Notes: a model not told the origin generated them from the letters alone. A DNA stretch of 64,000 nucleotides from Octopus vulgaris (GCA_951406725.2 OX597821.1:95170001-95234000), one strand, 5' to 3'. Counted from the first letter of the stretch, positions 1 through 13,624 are shown. A program made the numbers and translations.

Positions 1-59
1 TACTTACATACGTACACACACACAAACACGCATATATATATGCATATACATATACATAC

Positions 60-94
<35 letters not shown>

Positions 95-189
95 TGTATG
101 TATGTATGTATATATGTGTGTATTATGTATGTATGTGTGTGTATGTATGTATGTATGTATGTATGTATGTATGTATGTATGTATATATA

Positions 190-408
190 GTTCTTTACTA
201 CCCACAAGGGGCTAAACACAGAGGGGACAAACAAGGACAGACAAACGGATTAAGTCGATTACATCTACCCCAGTGCGAAACTGGTACTTTATTTATCGAC
301 CCCGAGGGGATGAAAGGCAAAGTCGACCTCAGCGGAATTAGAATTGAGAACGTAACGGCAGACGAAATACGGCTACGCATTTCGCCCGGCATGCTAACGT
401 TTCTGCCA
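190..408 (-). mobile_element. SINE family B (tRNA-like head, central GCCTTTCATCC..GGGGTCGATAAA..AAGTACCAG domain)
   Basis: Near-identical to copies at 2522, 14458, 21632, 30928 and 50211. Central domain resembles the Meta-SINE domain (from memory, not searched). Confidence 0.85.
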
Positions 409-569
409 GAGACAAAAAGGATAAATTTTTTTCAGTTCCACATTAATCCTCCTTCCCCCCACCCAAACACACCTACAGTGTCCCTTGAAATAGATATTCT
501 TTTACATTAACATGGTGGACAGGTCAGTTTTAGCTTCCCTACTATTATAATGTAAACCTTTTTGAACTC

Positions 570-1000
570 ATAATATTCTGTGCGTGTATGCCAATATTCC
601 ACTGAACTTTTTAATAATTCCTTCTGGAAATTATCTTGAGAATGTATAATATATTTGTTGTAATCTTTTGTGCCCAATATTTCAATGAACTTGTTAAACT
701 TTTATATGTTCTCAACATGCTCTAGTCACCAAAGAATGTATATATATGTATTGTAGTACTCTGTGTCAACCAATATTCTGTGCGTGTTTGAATATACAGA
801 TACAATACCGATACCAATATCCCACTGAACTTTTTAATAATTCCTTTTGGAAACTATCTTAAACATTTTCTTGAGAATGATTATTTATGTTGTAATCTTT
901 TGTGCCCAATATTTTAAGGAACTTGTTAAACTTTTTTATGTCCTTAACATGTCCTTGTTACCAAAGACTGTATATATGTAATGTAGCAATTTGTAACAAT
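570..1000. repeat. Diverged tandem duplication, ~200-230 bp unit
   Basis: AATATTCTGTGCGTGT, CCACTGAACTTTTTAATAATTCC and GTAATCTTTTGTGCCCAATAT each occur twice in the same order. Confidence 0.8.
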
Positions 1001-1030
1001 CAATAATTAACGCAACCAAACTTCTACATG

Positions 1031-1075
1031 TTACTTTTGACAATCTTTTTCCAAAGAGTGAAACCGGTAAAGTAA
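1031..1075 (+). ncRNA. Minimal type-I hammerhead-like motif, U3-A8 core
   Basis: ttactt-TTGACAA-tcttt(ttcc)aaaga-gt-GAAA-ccgg-TA-aagtaa: 6-bp stem I, palindromic stem III, GUA triplet. Stem II is offset by 2 nt. Confidence 0.55.
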
Positions 1076-1114
1076 ATAAACATCTTTTAAAATTGCATTT
1101 TCAAACCTTCTTTC

Positions 1115-1174
<60 letters not shown>

Positions 1175-1216
1175 AATCCAAACATGAACAAGCAAGAAAA
1201 AAACAACAACGCGAGG

Positions 1217-1261
<45 letters not shown>

Positions 1262-1532
1262 AACGACCGTGGATGCGTCATGCGTGTTGGTTTTGTTTGG
1301 TTTCGTATGGAACAATTTAAAGGTGTGATAAAACCTATGACAACATCTAGAAAAAGCTTCGTTTTGTTTATTTAGTAATTGCGGTGAATTATGTATTAAT
1401 ATTAGAAGGCTTCTTTTTGGCATAGTTCACAAGTGAATCTATTATGGCCCAGGATATCCTATATCATCACCTTTACTTTTATTTTTTTTTTCTTATTTTT
1501 TACCGTTACACCTATCTTATTTTTATTCCCTT

Positions 1533-1583
<51 letters not shown>

Positions 1584-1667
1584 TCCTCTCTCTTTCTCCT
1601 CTCTCCCATACGCACTCACTCACAAAACTCATTTATGATATATCTATCATTACCTTTATATTTATTT

Positions 1668-1900
1668 TATTACCTCCGCTTTAGTCGTGTTTGTTTGTTT
1701 GTCCGTGGACAAAATATCTCAAGAACCGCCTGATGGATTCGGATGAAACTTTCAGGGATGTTTGGCCTCATGTCTGGCACGAACTGAGTAGATTTTGGGA
1801 TCGAACCGGTATCGGACAAGGATTCTGGATCATTTTTCTTTTTACTTAATTTTTGAGAACGGTCGGCTTCGTTTTTAGTATTCTCGTTCGTGCGAGAGCA
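1668..1900 (+). mobile_element. Helentron/DINE-like non-autonomous element fragment
   Basis: TTATTACCTCCGC start, (GTTT)n, then ATATCTCAAGAACC..GGATT..GATGAAACTTTC, which is typical of HINE/DINE-like elements. End approximate. Confidence 0.45.
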
Positions 1901-1979
1901 GTCGAGGACTGCAAAGGTTCCATAGAGTATAAAACATTAATATCGATATACAAATCTCCATTTCCCTTATTATTAATGC

Positions 1980-2062
<83 letters not shown>

Positions 2063-2074
2063 CTCTGTGTGTGC

Positions 2075-2124
<50 letters not shown>

Positions 2125-2127
<3 letters not shown>

Positions 2128-2517
2128 CTGGTAGAGACGTTAGCACGCCGGGCGAAATGCTTAAACGGTATTTTGTCTGCCGCTACGTTCTGAGTTCAAA
2201 TTCCGCCGAGCTCAACTTTGCCTTTCATCCTTTCGAGGTCGATTAAATAAGTACCAGTTACGCACTGAGGTCGATATAGTCGATTTAATCAGTTTGTCCG
2301 TCCTTGTTTGTCTCCTCTGTGTGTAGCCCCTTGTGAGCAGTAAAGAAATAGGTATTTCGTCTGCCCTTACGTTCTGAGTTCAAATTCCGCCGAGGTCGAC
2401 TTTGCCTTTCATCCTTTCGGGGTCGATAAATTAAGTACCAGCTGCGTTCTGGGGTTGATCTAATCGACTGGCCACCTCCCAAAAGATTTCGGGCCTTGTG
2501 CCTAGAGTAGAAAAGAT
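2125..2517 (+). mobile_element. Tandem SINE family B copy plus variant B' (different tail)
   Basis: B box GTTCAAATTCC occurs twice. The second unit ends GGCCTTGTGCCTAGAGTAGAAAAG. Confidence 0.8.
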
Positions 2518-2521
2518 TATA

Positions 2522-2745
2522 TATTTCTTTACTACCCACAAGGGGCTAAACACAGAGGGGATAAACAAGGACAAACAAACGGATTAAGTCGATTACATCG
2601 ACCCCAGAGCGTAACTGGTACTTAATTTATCGACCCCGAAAGGATGAAAGGCAAAGTCGACCTCGGCGGAATTTGAACTCAGAACGTAACGGCAGACGAA
2701 ATACGGCAACGCATTTCGCCCGGCGTGCTAACGTTTCTGCCAGCT
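2522..2745 (-). mobile_element. SINE family B
   Basis: Reverse complement of the copy at 2125. Confidence 0.85.
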
Positions 2746-2752
2746 TATAGAT

Positions 2753-2825
<73 letters not shown>

Positions 2826-3540
2826 TTTTTAATGCCAATAACCAACGTAACAAAAACAAACAAAAAAAGCGAACTCAAAAAAAAAGTAAAGAGTCCAGTT
2901 TCTATCTTATAATTTGTAGCAGAAACTGTAATATTTTTGAAAAAACACAATAGTTGCTGTTGCGCATTTTTCGTTTCAAATTGAAAATTATGCCATAACA
3001 AATGCGAGAATGAATTAATTTCCTGCTCTGCTTTTCCATGAATACATTCTAATTTTAAGCTATGTTCAGAATAGAAATTTTCAAGTAGAATTAGCATTAT
3101 GGCAGAAACGGATAAAAATTACTCTTGCAGAGAATATTGCGTTTTCTGTCGCGGTATACGTTCTATTATGATATTGTATAATAAATCAAATTTGCTTATA
3201 TTATATTTTCACACATTATAATATAAAAGACGTATAATGATCGCATTAAAAATGTTTCGTTAGGATATTTTTAATCGCAGGGCTGCTGTGTACCACTCAT
3301 GTGACACGAATTATTTGAAATTGAAAATTAAGGCATGAAGCGAAAATCAATGTTCGCATTCAGTTTTTCTCCGTCCGTAAAATTCGCATTAACCCTTTAG
3401 CATTGAGATTACTCTGTCTAATGTAATGCTTATTTATTCACACTGATTTAAATTAACCATGCATTATCTTGTAGCTTCTAGGGTAGGTGTGGGAGGCTGC
3501 ATCTGACTGGTTTGAACATGCAGGGCAAAACGTTTATCTT

Positions 3541-3745
3541 TTTTCTCTTTTACTTGTTTCAGTCATTTGACTGCGGCCATGCTGCAGCACCGCCTTTAGT
3601 CGAACAAATCGACCCCGGGACTTATTCTTTGTAAGCCCAATACTTATTCTATCGGTCTCTTTTGCCGAACTGCAAAGTGACAGGGACGTAAACACACCAG
3701 CATCGGTTGTCAAGCAATGCTAGGAGGACAAACATAGACACACAA

Positions 3746-3778
<33 letters not shown>

Positions 3779-3949
3779 CATATATACGACAGGCTTCTTT
3801 CAGTTTCCGTCTACCAAATCCACTCACAAGGCATTGGTCGGCCCGGGGCTATAGCAGAAGACACTTGCCCAAGATGCCACGCAGTGGGACTGAACCCGGA
3901 ACCATGTGGTTGGTTAGCAAGCTACTTACCACACAGCCACTCCTGCGCC
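3541..3949 (-). mobile_element. SINE family A (tRNA-derived, CORE-like, internal (TA)n(TG)n)
   Basis: A box TGGCTGTGTGG, B box GGTTCAGTCCC, CTTGGGCAAGT core-like segment, (GTAAAAGA)n tail. About 15 copies in the window. Confidence 0.9.
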
Positions 3950-3954
3950 TATAT

Positions 3955-4262
3955 ACAATGCTTAGTGGCATTTCGTCCGTCTTTACATTCTGAGTTCAAA
4001 TTCCACAGGGGTCGACTTTCCTTTTCATCCTTCGGCGAGCTGGTAGAACAGTTAGCACGCCGGACGAAATGCGTAGCTGTATTTCGTCTGCCGTTACGTT
4101 CTGAGTTCAAATTCCGCCGAGGTCTACTTTGCCTTTCATCCTTTCGGGGTCGATTAAATAAGTACCAGTTACGCACTGGGATCGATATAATCGACTTAAT
4201 CCGTTTGTCTGTCCTTGTGTGTCCTCTCTGTGTTTAGCCCCTTGTGGGTAGTAAAGAAATAG
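3955..4262 (+). mobile_element. SINE family B (partial plus full copy)
   Basis: Matches the family B consensus. Confidence 0.8.
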
Positions 4263-4387
4263 GTTTGAACATAAAACAGGAAGAATATATTAGCTAGATA
4301 TGACCGCTTTGAATGCGAAAGGATTAAGCTAGTTTTGGGGGTTGTTAGGAATCACACCGTGCACCATTTTATGGATATGTGTAAACA

Positions 4388-4785
4388 GGTGCAGGAGTGG
4401 CTGTGTGGTAAGTAGCTTGCTAACCAACCATATGGTTCCGGGTTCAGTCCCACTGCGTGGCATCTTGGGCAAGTGTCTTCTGCTATGGCCCCGGGCCGAC
4501 CAATGCCTTGTGAGTGGATTTGGTAGACGGAAACTGAAAGAAGCCTGTCGTATATGTGTATATATATATATGTGTGTGTGTTTGTCCCCCTAGCATTGCT
4601 TGACAAACGATGCTGGTGTGTTTACGTCCCCGTCACTTAGCGGTTCGGCAAAAGAGACCGATAGAATAAGTACTGGGCTTACAAAGAATAAGTCCCGGGG
4701 TCGAGTTGCTCGATTAAAGGCGGTGCTCCAGCATGGCCGCAGTCAAATGACTGAAACAAGTAAAAGAGTAAAAGAGTAAAAGAGT
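4388..4785 (+). mobile_element. SINE family A
   Basis: Full length, with A/B boxes and tail. Confidence 0.9.
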
Positions 4786-4834
4786 ATGTAAACACACTGA
4801 CATTACTCTTTCACACATACATTCATAAACATTC

Positions 4835-5094
4835 TCTTTTTTCTCTTTAACTTGTTTCAGGCATTTGACTGTGGCTATGCTGGAGCACCGCCTTTAGTCG
4901 AGCAAATCGACCCCAGGACTTATTCTTTGGAAGCTTAGTACTTATTCTATCGGTCTCTTTTGCCGAATCGCTAAGTTACGGGGACGTAAACACACCAGCA
5001 TCGGCTGTCAAGCGATGTTGGGGGGACAAACACAGGCACACAAACACACATACACACACACACACACACATACATACATACATACATACATACA

Positions 5095-5167
<73 letters not shown>

Positions 5168-5330
5168 GACGGGCTTCTTTCAGTTTCCGTCTACCAAACC
5201 CCCTCACAAGGCTTTGGTCGGCCCGAGGCTATAGTAGAAGACACTTGCCCAAGGTTCCACGCAGTGGGAATGAACCTGGAACCATGTGGTTGGTTATGCA
5301 AACTACTTACCACACAACCACTCCTGCGCC
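4835..5330 (-). mobile_element. SINE family A
   Basis: Full length, with an expanded internal microsatellite. Confidence 0.9.
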
Positions 5331-5354
5331 TATATACATTAACATAAATATTTT

Positions 5355-5782
5355 AAATTTTTGGCACAATGTTGGCACTTTCGGGTGGGAGTAAGTCGAA
5401 TACATCGATCCCAGTGCTTAACTGGTACTTATTTTGTCGGTCCTGAAAAGATGGACGGTAGAGTCGAACCCAGCAGAATTTGAACTCAAAACATTAAGAT
5501 AGACGATGAAATACTGGTGAGCATTTTGTTGGGCGTGCTAAGGATTTTGCCTGCGAGCCACCTTCTATGAATGTAATATTGATTTCAAATTTGGCACAAG
5601 GCCAGCAATTTTGGGGGATTACATCGACCCCAGTGCTTTACTGGTACTTATTTTATCGATCCCGAAGGATGAAAAGGAAAGTCGACCAACCCCTGCGGAA
5701 TTTGAACTCAGAATGTAAAGACGGACGAAATGCCGCTAAGCATTTTGCCCTGCATGTTGATGATTCTGCCAGCTCACCGCCT
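5355..5782 (-). mobile_element. Two older SINE B' copies in tandem
   Basis: Both show TTGGCACAA...CTGGTACTTATTTT...GAATTTGAACTC. Confidence 0.7.
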
Positions 5783-5807
5783 TTTACATTAATATATATA
5801 TATTATA

Positions 5808-6225
5808 GGCGCAGGAGTGGCTGTGTGGTAAGTAGCTTGCTAACCAACCACATGGTTCAGGGTTCAGTCCCACTGCGTGGCATCTTGGGTAAGTGTCTTC
5901 TACTATAGCCCCGAGCCGACCAATGCCTTGTGAGTGGATTTGGTAGACGGAAACTGAAAGAAGCCCGTCGTATATATGTATATATATATATAAGTGTGTG
6001 TGTATGTGTTTGTGTGTCTGTGTTTGTCCCCCTAGCATTGCTTGACAACCGATGCTGGTGTGTTTATGTCCCCGTTACTTAGCGGTTCGGCATAAGAGAC
6101 CGATAAAATAAGTACTGGGCTTACAAATAATAAGTCCCGGAGTCGATTTGCTCGACTAAAGGCGGTGCTCCAGCATGGCCGCAGTCAAATGACTGAAACA
6201 AGTAAAAGAGTAAAAGAGTAAAGAA
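5808..6225 (+). mobile_element. SINE family A
   Basis: Full length. Confidence 0.9.
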
Positions 6226-6389
6226 TATTATACTTGCTTTCATATGGCCGTCCATTGGTTCCGATTATGACTGTATTTTCTTTCAGTTGAGAATTCTTTG
6301 GTGACTCTGTACCCTAATCCTGATGGGTATCTTAGATCGCAGATGAGACATAGAATTACCGAGTTGAGGAAATTAGATCTAGCTATTCT

Positions 6390-6820
6390 TTTCTTCTTTT
6401 ACTTGTTTCAGTCATTTGACTGCGGCCATGCTGGGGCACCGCCTTTAATTGAACAAATCGATCCCAGAACACCTTGGGCAAGTGTCTTCTACTATAGCCT
6501 CGGGCCGACCAAAGCTTTGTGAGTGGATTTGGTAGGCGGAAACTGAAAGAAGCCCGTCGTATATATGTATATATATGTATGTATGTGTGTATATGTTTGT
6601 GTGTCTGTGTTTGTCCCCCACCCCCAACATCACTTGACAACCGATGCTGGTGTGTTTACGTCCCCGTAACTTAGCGGTTCGGCAAAACAGACCGATAGAA
6701 TAAGTACTAGGCTTACAAAAGATAAGTCCTGGTGTCGATTTGCTCGACTAAAGATGGTACTCCAGCATGGCCACAGTCAAATAACTGAAACGAGTAAAAG
6801 AGTAAAAGAGAGTAAAGAGT
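6390..6820. mobile_element. SINE A inverted 3' fragment fused to a 5'-truncated SINE A
   Basis: 6390-6468 is a minus-strand tail. 6470-6820 is plus strand from the core onward. Confidence 0.75.
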
Positions 6821-6874
6821 ACGTACAGAGTCAAAACACCTTTCTTGTTATCGTGGTATTACATGTATACTCGT

Positions 6875-7260
6875 GGAGGCGCAATGGCCCAGTGGTTAGG
6901 GCAGCGGACTCGCGGTCATAGGATTGCGGTTTCGATTCCCAGACCGGGCGTTGTGAGTGTTTATTGAGCGAAAACACCTAAAAGCTCCACGAGGCTCCGG
7001 CAGGGGATGGTGGTGATCCCTGCTGTACTCTTTCAGCACAACTTTCTCTCACTCTTACTTCCTGTTTCTGTTGTACCTGTATTTCAAAGGGCCGGCCTTG
7101 TCACTCTCTGTGTCACGCTGAATATCCCCGAGAACTACGTTAAGGGTGCACGTGTCTGTGGGAGTGCTCAGCCACTTGCACGTTAATTTCACGAGCAGGC
7201 TGTTCCGTTGATTCGGATCAACCGGAACCCTCATCGTCGTAACCGACGGAGTGCTTCCAT
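6875..7260 (+). mobile_element. SINE family C (tRNA-Arg-like head)
   Basis: A box TGGCCCAGTGG, B box GGTTTCGATTCCC, TSD ACATGTATACTC. Confidence 0.9.
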
Positions 7261-7499
7261 CCACATGTATACTCAGTATTTTTAATGTTGCTGGCTAAAA
7301 AGAATATTCCAATGACTTTCATGCGACTTTTTTCCTGGATACGCGTCGTACTTCAACGAAAAAGCTTGAAGAGAAACACTTTGCATAACACATTTCTATG
7401 GAAGATATTGCATATACAGTAGCTGTCCCAAAATATCATGAAGGTACTAGCGCGTACTGATTATATTGTTGCTAAAACAATATATTAGTACAATTTTGG

Positions 7500-7884
7500 T
7501 TGGAGGCACTCCGTCGGTTACGACGACGAGGGTTCCGGTTGATCCGAATCAACGGAACAGCCTGCTCGTGAAATTAACGTGTAAGTGGCTGAGCACTCCA
7601 CAGACACGTGTACCCTTAACGTAGTTTTCGGGGATATTCAGCGTGACAGAGAGAATGACAAGGCCGGCCCTTTGAAATACAGGTACAACAGAAACAGGAA
7701 GTGAGAGTGAGAGAAAGTTGTGGTGAAATAGTACAGCAGGGATCACCACCACCCCCTGCTGGAGCCTCGTAGAGCTTTAGGTGTTTTCGCTCAATAAACA
7801 CTCACAACGCCCGGTCTAGGAATCGAAACCGCGATCCTACGACCGCGAGCCCGCTGCCCTAACCACTGGGCCATTGCGCCTCCA
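7500..7884 (-). mobile_element. SINE family C
   Basis: Reverse complement of 6875-7260. TSD ATTAGTACAAT. Confidence 0.9.
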
Positions 7885-8129
7885 CATTAGTACAATGTCT
7901 CCTGTGGGAATGACTAGATTTAGATACATACAGATAATAACCTTCGCCGATGACAGATTGTAAGTAAAACAACAAAGATGGAAGATATTTCCAAAGCCCA
8001 ACATGTAACAGCTATCGTGTATTTTTTTTTTTTAATCCAAATTCCAACGATGAAGCTTTGTTTCAGGCTAAGAAACCAGCTCCGTCCTTGTAGGAAGAAT
8101 TCAAATAATTAAAAGAGAAAAATAGGCAT

Positions 8130-8236
8130 CCATGCATATATACAAGCATTGATACATACATACATACATACATACATACATACATACATACATACATACA
8201 TACATACATACATACATACATACATACATGTATATA

Positions 8237-8267
<31 letters not shown>

Positions 8268-9328
8268 GATATATATATATGATATATATATATGCATGCA
8301 TACATACACACATGCATACATACAATACATATACTCATACATACATTCATACATACATGCATACATATATGCTTATTTACATACATGTATACAAACACGC
8401 AATGCATTCATACATTCATACATACATTATGCAGACATTCATACGCACTTGCATGCATACACACACACATACATACTTATATAGATGCATTCATATACAG
8501 AGACATATTAATACATACGTACATACATTCATACCTAGATTCATACACACACGCATGCAGTCATACATATGTACATACATACAAATATACACACACATAC
8601 ATGCATAAATACATACATACATACATACATACATACATACATACATACATACATACATACATACATACATACATGCATACGTACACATGTATAGACATAC
8701 AAACATATACACTAATATATGTATAAATGAATGCATACATAAATACGTACACTCGTACAGACATACAAACATACACACACGTACATACATGAATAAATGT
8801 ATACATATATACATACATAGGTACATACATACATATATACCTTGATACATACATACATGCAAACATACATACATGCATACATACACACACGCATGCATGC
8901 ATAAATACATGCATACATACATACATGCATACATACATACATACATACATACGTGCATACATACATACATACATACATACATACATACATACATACATAC
9001 ATACATACATACATACATACATACATACATACATACATACATACATACATACATACATACATACGTGCATACATACATACATACATACATACATGCATAC
9101 ATACATACATACATACATACATACATACATACATACATACATACATACATACATACATACATACATACATACATACATACATACGTGCATACATACATAC
9201 ATACATACATACATACATACATACATACATACATACATACATACGTGCATACATACATACATACATACATACATACATACATACATACATACATACGTGC
9301 ATACATACATACATACATACATACATAT
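8130..9328. repeat. (CATA)n microsatellite field
   Basis: Read directly from the sequence. Confidence 0.95.
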
Positions 9329-9399
9329 AGCAATATCCGTTATTAATTCTTGTATTCCTCCCCCTAGCGGGAATTTCATGGCCCTTGTTGATTGCAGCT

Positions 9400-9621
9400 G
9401 CAACAACGATAACAACAACCACTACTACTATCACCACCGCCGCCAACACTGCCACTACTACTACTACCGCAGCCACCGCCTCTACCAACACCACCACCAC
9501 CACCACTACTACTACTTCTACCGCCGCCTCTACCACCACCACCACCAACACTACTACTACTACTACCACCGCCTCTACCACCACTACCACTACTACTACT
9601 ACTACCGCCGCCTCTACCACC

Positions 9622-9683
<62 letters not shown>

Positions 9684-9805
9684 CACCGCCTCTACCACCA
9701 CCAGCACCAGCACCACCACTACTACTACTATTACTATTACTACTACTACTACCGCCGCCTCTACCACTACCACCACCACCACCACTACTACTACTACTAC
9801 TACTG
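9400..9805. repeat. (ACC/ACT)n trinucleotide array with recurring ACCGCCTCT variant
   Basis: Read directly from the sequence. Confidence 0.9.
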
Positions 9806-10109
9806 CTTTTGCTTCTATGCGTAGTGTCAACCTGTGGCGTTGCTTCTTTCTCTCTACCCGTCTCTCGCTCTCTCTCTCTCTCTCTCTCTGCCTCTCTCTT
9901 CTCTCCCCCTTTCTCTCTTCTTTATCTTTGTTTCCCTCTTTCCCTCTTTCTCTCCCTATCCCTTATCTTTTATCTCTACCACCACCACCCTCTTCATCTC
10001 AACCCCTATTTAAGCCGATCTTCCTTATTTTTCCGCCTGATTCAACACGGTAACAACTACGGATCGGTGGATAAAGAGAAAGAAAGAAACAAGCAAACCA
10101 ACAGAGACT

Positions 10110-10740
10110 GTGAGTGAGTGAGTAAGGGAAGGAGAGAGGGAAGGGAATGAGTGAGTGAGTGAGTGAGTGAGCGAGTGAGTGAGTGAGTGAGTGAGTGAGT
10201 GAGTGAGTGAGTGAAAGAGTGAGTGAGTGAGTGTGTGAGTGAGTGAGTGTGTGAGTGAGTGAGAAAGGGAAGGAGAGAGGGAAGCGAATGAGTGACTGAG
10301 TAAGTGAGTGTGTGAGTGAGTGAGTGAGTGAGTGAGTGAGTGAGTGAGTGAGTGAGTGAGTGATGAAGGGAGGGATGAGGATGGGAGGGAGGGAATAGTG
10401 AATGAATGAGTGACTGAGTGACTGAGTGAGTGAATGAGTGAATGAGTGAGTGAATGAGTGAGTGAGTGAGTGAATGAGTGAGTGAGTGAGTAAGTGATGA
10501 AGAGAGGGATGAGGATGGGAGGGAGGGAGGGAATAGTGAGTGACTGAGTGACTGAGTGAGTGAATGAGTGAATGAATGAGTGAATGAGTGAGTGAGTGAG
10601 TGAGTGAGTGAGTGAGTGAGTGAGTGAGTGAGTGAGTGAGTGAGTGAATGAGTGAGTGAGTGAGTGAGTGAGTGAGTGAGTGAGTGAGTAAGCAAATGAA
10701 TGAGTGATTGAGTTGGTGAGTGGATAAATGAATGAGTGTA
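10110..10740. repeat. (GAGT)n array with higher-order purine-rich interruptions
   Basis: AGGGAAGGAGAGAGGGAAG and GAGGGATGAGGATGGGAGGGAGGGA each occur twice. Confidence 0.9.
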
Positions 10741-11262
10741 AGTCAGTGTGAGAATATGTGAGACAAAATGAGAAAAGGGAACAGAATAAGAACGAGAGAA
10801 AAAGAGAGGAGAAGAGGGAGTGAGAAAAGAAAGAGAGAGAAAGATAATAGAGAGAGAAAGATAAGAGAGAGAGAGAGAGAGAGAGGAGGAGAGCTACCGA
10901 AGTTATTTTATCTACAAAGAGATGAAAACGAATATAAAAAAATATCAAAAGAAAAAGTCTGCGACAGAGCCAAGCTTCTTTGATAATAATACTACTGTTT
11001 CATTTATTGTGGTAGTTGTTATTGTTCTTGTTATTGTTGTTGTTGTTGTTGTTGTTGTTGCAATGAGGTGGGAGTGGAGTAGGGTAGTGCGGAGCGGCGT
11101 GGATGTTGTGTGGTGGGAGGGGGGATTCTTTAGCTTCGAAGAGTTTGGCTCTTTGGAATGGCAATAAACCAAATGGAACGGCAGCTTAATCAACCATGTC
11201 GCGCGTGTGCATTCCTCACTTCCCCACCGTCACGTCGTTCTGTTCTGCTCTTTAGCATCACT

Positions 11263-11348
<86 letters not shown>

Positions 11349-11435
11349 TTTGCACATATAAACGCGCTCGCGTGACCACACCCACATACACATGCATACA
11401 CGCACACACATACATATATGTATATATATGTGTGA

Positions 11436-11471
<36 letters not shown>

Positions 11472-11504
11472 GTATGAATGTACATGCATATACGTTCACA
11501 GGTG

Positions 11505-11535
<31 letters not shown>

Positions 11536-12062
11536 GCATATACATACATACATGCGCATATATATATATATATATATATACGACAGTTTCTTTTGCTCGA
11601 TCTCTCTCCTTTTCTCTGCCTCTATTCTCTCTCATGCGCTTTCCCCGTTATCTCTCCCCTCTCTCTCTGCCTCTCCTCCTTTCTCTCTCTCTCTCTCTTT
11701 CTCTCACTCTTCCCCCCCCCCCCACACACACACACACACTACATAACATTTCACATTCATTCACTGTTGTATGTGCAAAAGCAAAAAGCAACAATAGCGC
11801 AGCAACATTGAAAAAAAAAAAAGATACACGTGTTATAGTAACGGTATATTGCTTATGAATCAGCGACTAAAGCAACAATGATAACAAGAACAATAACATT
11901 GATGGCATATCTTGATTGCCCCCAATGTGTATGCAGGTTGTGTGTATAGATTATCGAAACGATGCCTCAGTATATTACTGCTATTGATTTTATTGTGACT
12001 GTAGGATGTGTAAGGCAGGAATTTGAACTCGAAACTCAGAGGTATTTTGCCTCAGTATTGTC

Positions 12063-12145
12063 CAGTCATCTGTCAATAGTCATTTGGCAATAGTCATATG
12101 TCAATAGTCATATGTCAATAGTCATATGTCAATAGTCATCTGTAA
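12063..12145. repeat. 14-bp minisatellite (AGTCATATGTCAAT), about 6 units
   Basis: Read directly from the sequence. Confidence 0.85.
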
Positions 12146-12189
12146 AATAGTAGTACGAGTTGTATTGCAGAAGGCTTTTTTTTTCAGGT

Positions 12190-12455
12190 TTTTGTTTGGT
12201 TGTCCCCCAAGCTGAAGGTGAACCTCAGGGGACAGGCGTTTCGAAAACACTGAAAAGATGAAGGAGGCTGTGACAAGGGTCTGGACACCTTCCTTTTGGA
12301 GGAATTCAAGGAGTCTTCACCGAGGGACTGGAACTCTACAACAAATGCTTTGAAGTCAGAGGATACAACTTAGGAGGATTAGACTTTTGTACCTCTTTGA
12401 AATTAATAAACGTCTCTCCTGAAAAAGTCACGAAATTTCTGGAATGCACCTTGTG
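12190..12455 (+). pseudogene. Mariner transposase C-terminal remnant plus TIR-like end
   Basis: PKLK..LRG..FE..E..KEAV-like text across frameshifts. Ends TTTCTGGAATGCACC. Confidence 0.45.
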
Positions 12456-12456
12456 T

Positions 12457-12457
<1 letters not shown>

Positions 12458-12525
<68 letters not shown>

Positions 12526-12568
12526 TAGTAGTGGTGGTGGTCGTCGTCGTCGTCGTGGTAGTAGTAGC

Positions 12569-12625
<57 letters not shown>

Positions 12626-12669
12626 GGTCGTCGTCGTCGTCGTGGTAGTAGTAGCAGTAGTAGTAGCAT

Positions 12670-12706
<37 letters not shown>

Positions 12707-12805
12707 TGTAGCGATAGTAGTATTTGTTGTAATAGTAGTAGTAGTAGTAGTGGTGGTGGTGGTGGTGGTGGTGGCGGCGGCGGCAGCAGCAGCAGCAGCA
12801 GTAGC

Positions 12806-12868
<63 letters not shown>

Positions 12869-12916
12869 TGTTGTGTTGTTGTTGTTGTTGTTGTAGTAGT
12901 AGTAGTAGTAGTAGTA
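12458..12916. repeat. (AGT)n/(GGT)n compound microsatellite
   Basis: Read directly from the sequence. Confidence 0.95.
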
Positions 12917-13223
12917 CCATAATTACCACCACCAGATTGACCGCAAGTAGGTCATCTGTAGAAAGAAGAGTTCAGGAGATATAACTGGACTTGTGTGTAC
13001 ACCATGAATGATCTCCAGCGGTTCATGTTCTTTGATAATAAGCTTCTACTCAAAGAGTTAAGTGGCGGATGTAGACCGTAGCAGAGCAACTCTAGTTAAA
13101 AGGGATACTTGCCGAACCTAATATTCAAGAATCTGAGATCATTGGTGAGTGATATACGTGTCATGTCGCCAGCAGACTTGGTTCTACAAAAATCACACAG
13201 GTAGTCAATAAGTGAATAGCGAA

Positions 13224-13275
<52 letters not shown>

Positions 13276-13373
13276 TGTGTGTGTGTGTGTGAGGGAGAGA
13301 GAGAGAGAGTGAGAGAAAGAGAGAGAGAAAGAGAGAGGGCCATGAAGGAAATAATTAACAAATGTTAACAAAT

Positions 13374-13540
13374 GGCGCAGGAGTGACTGTGTGGTAAGTA
13401 GCTTGCTTACCAACCACATGGTTCCGGGTTCAGTCCCACTGCGTGGCACCTTGGGCAAGCGTCTTCTACTATAGCCTCGGGCCGACCAAAGCCTTGTGAG
13501 TGGATTTGGTAGACGGAAACTGAAAGAAGCCCGTCGTATG

Positions 13541-13604
<64 letters not shown>

Positions 13605-13624
13605 TGAAAGAAGCCCGTCGTATG

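Larger units (their letters stand above)
3393..4323. mobile_element. piggyBac-like MITE (TTAA TSD) interrupted by SINEs
   Basis: TTAA|CCCTTTAGCATT ... AATGCGAAAGGA|TTAA. Same family at 51141 and 54167. Confidence 0.65.

Noticed and set aside
6875-6950. tRNA gene
   Set aside because: It is the head of a multi-copy SINE with TSDs. The same applies to the heads of families A and B.
8063-9346. Long YIHT/MYVC and IYIY ORFs here and throughout the window
   Set aside because: They come from stop-free microsatellites.
9385-10053. Thr-rich mucin-like ORF
   Set aside because: It is a translation of an ACC/ACT microsatellite, open in several frames and running into (CT)n.
12063-12145. CRISPR-like array
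   Set aside because: It is a contiguous tandem repeat with no unique spacers, in a eukaryotic context with no cas genes.
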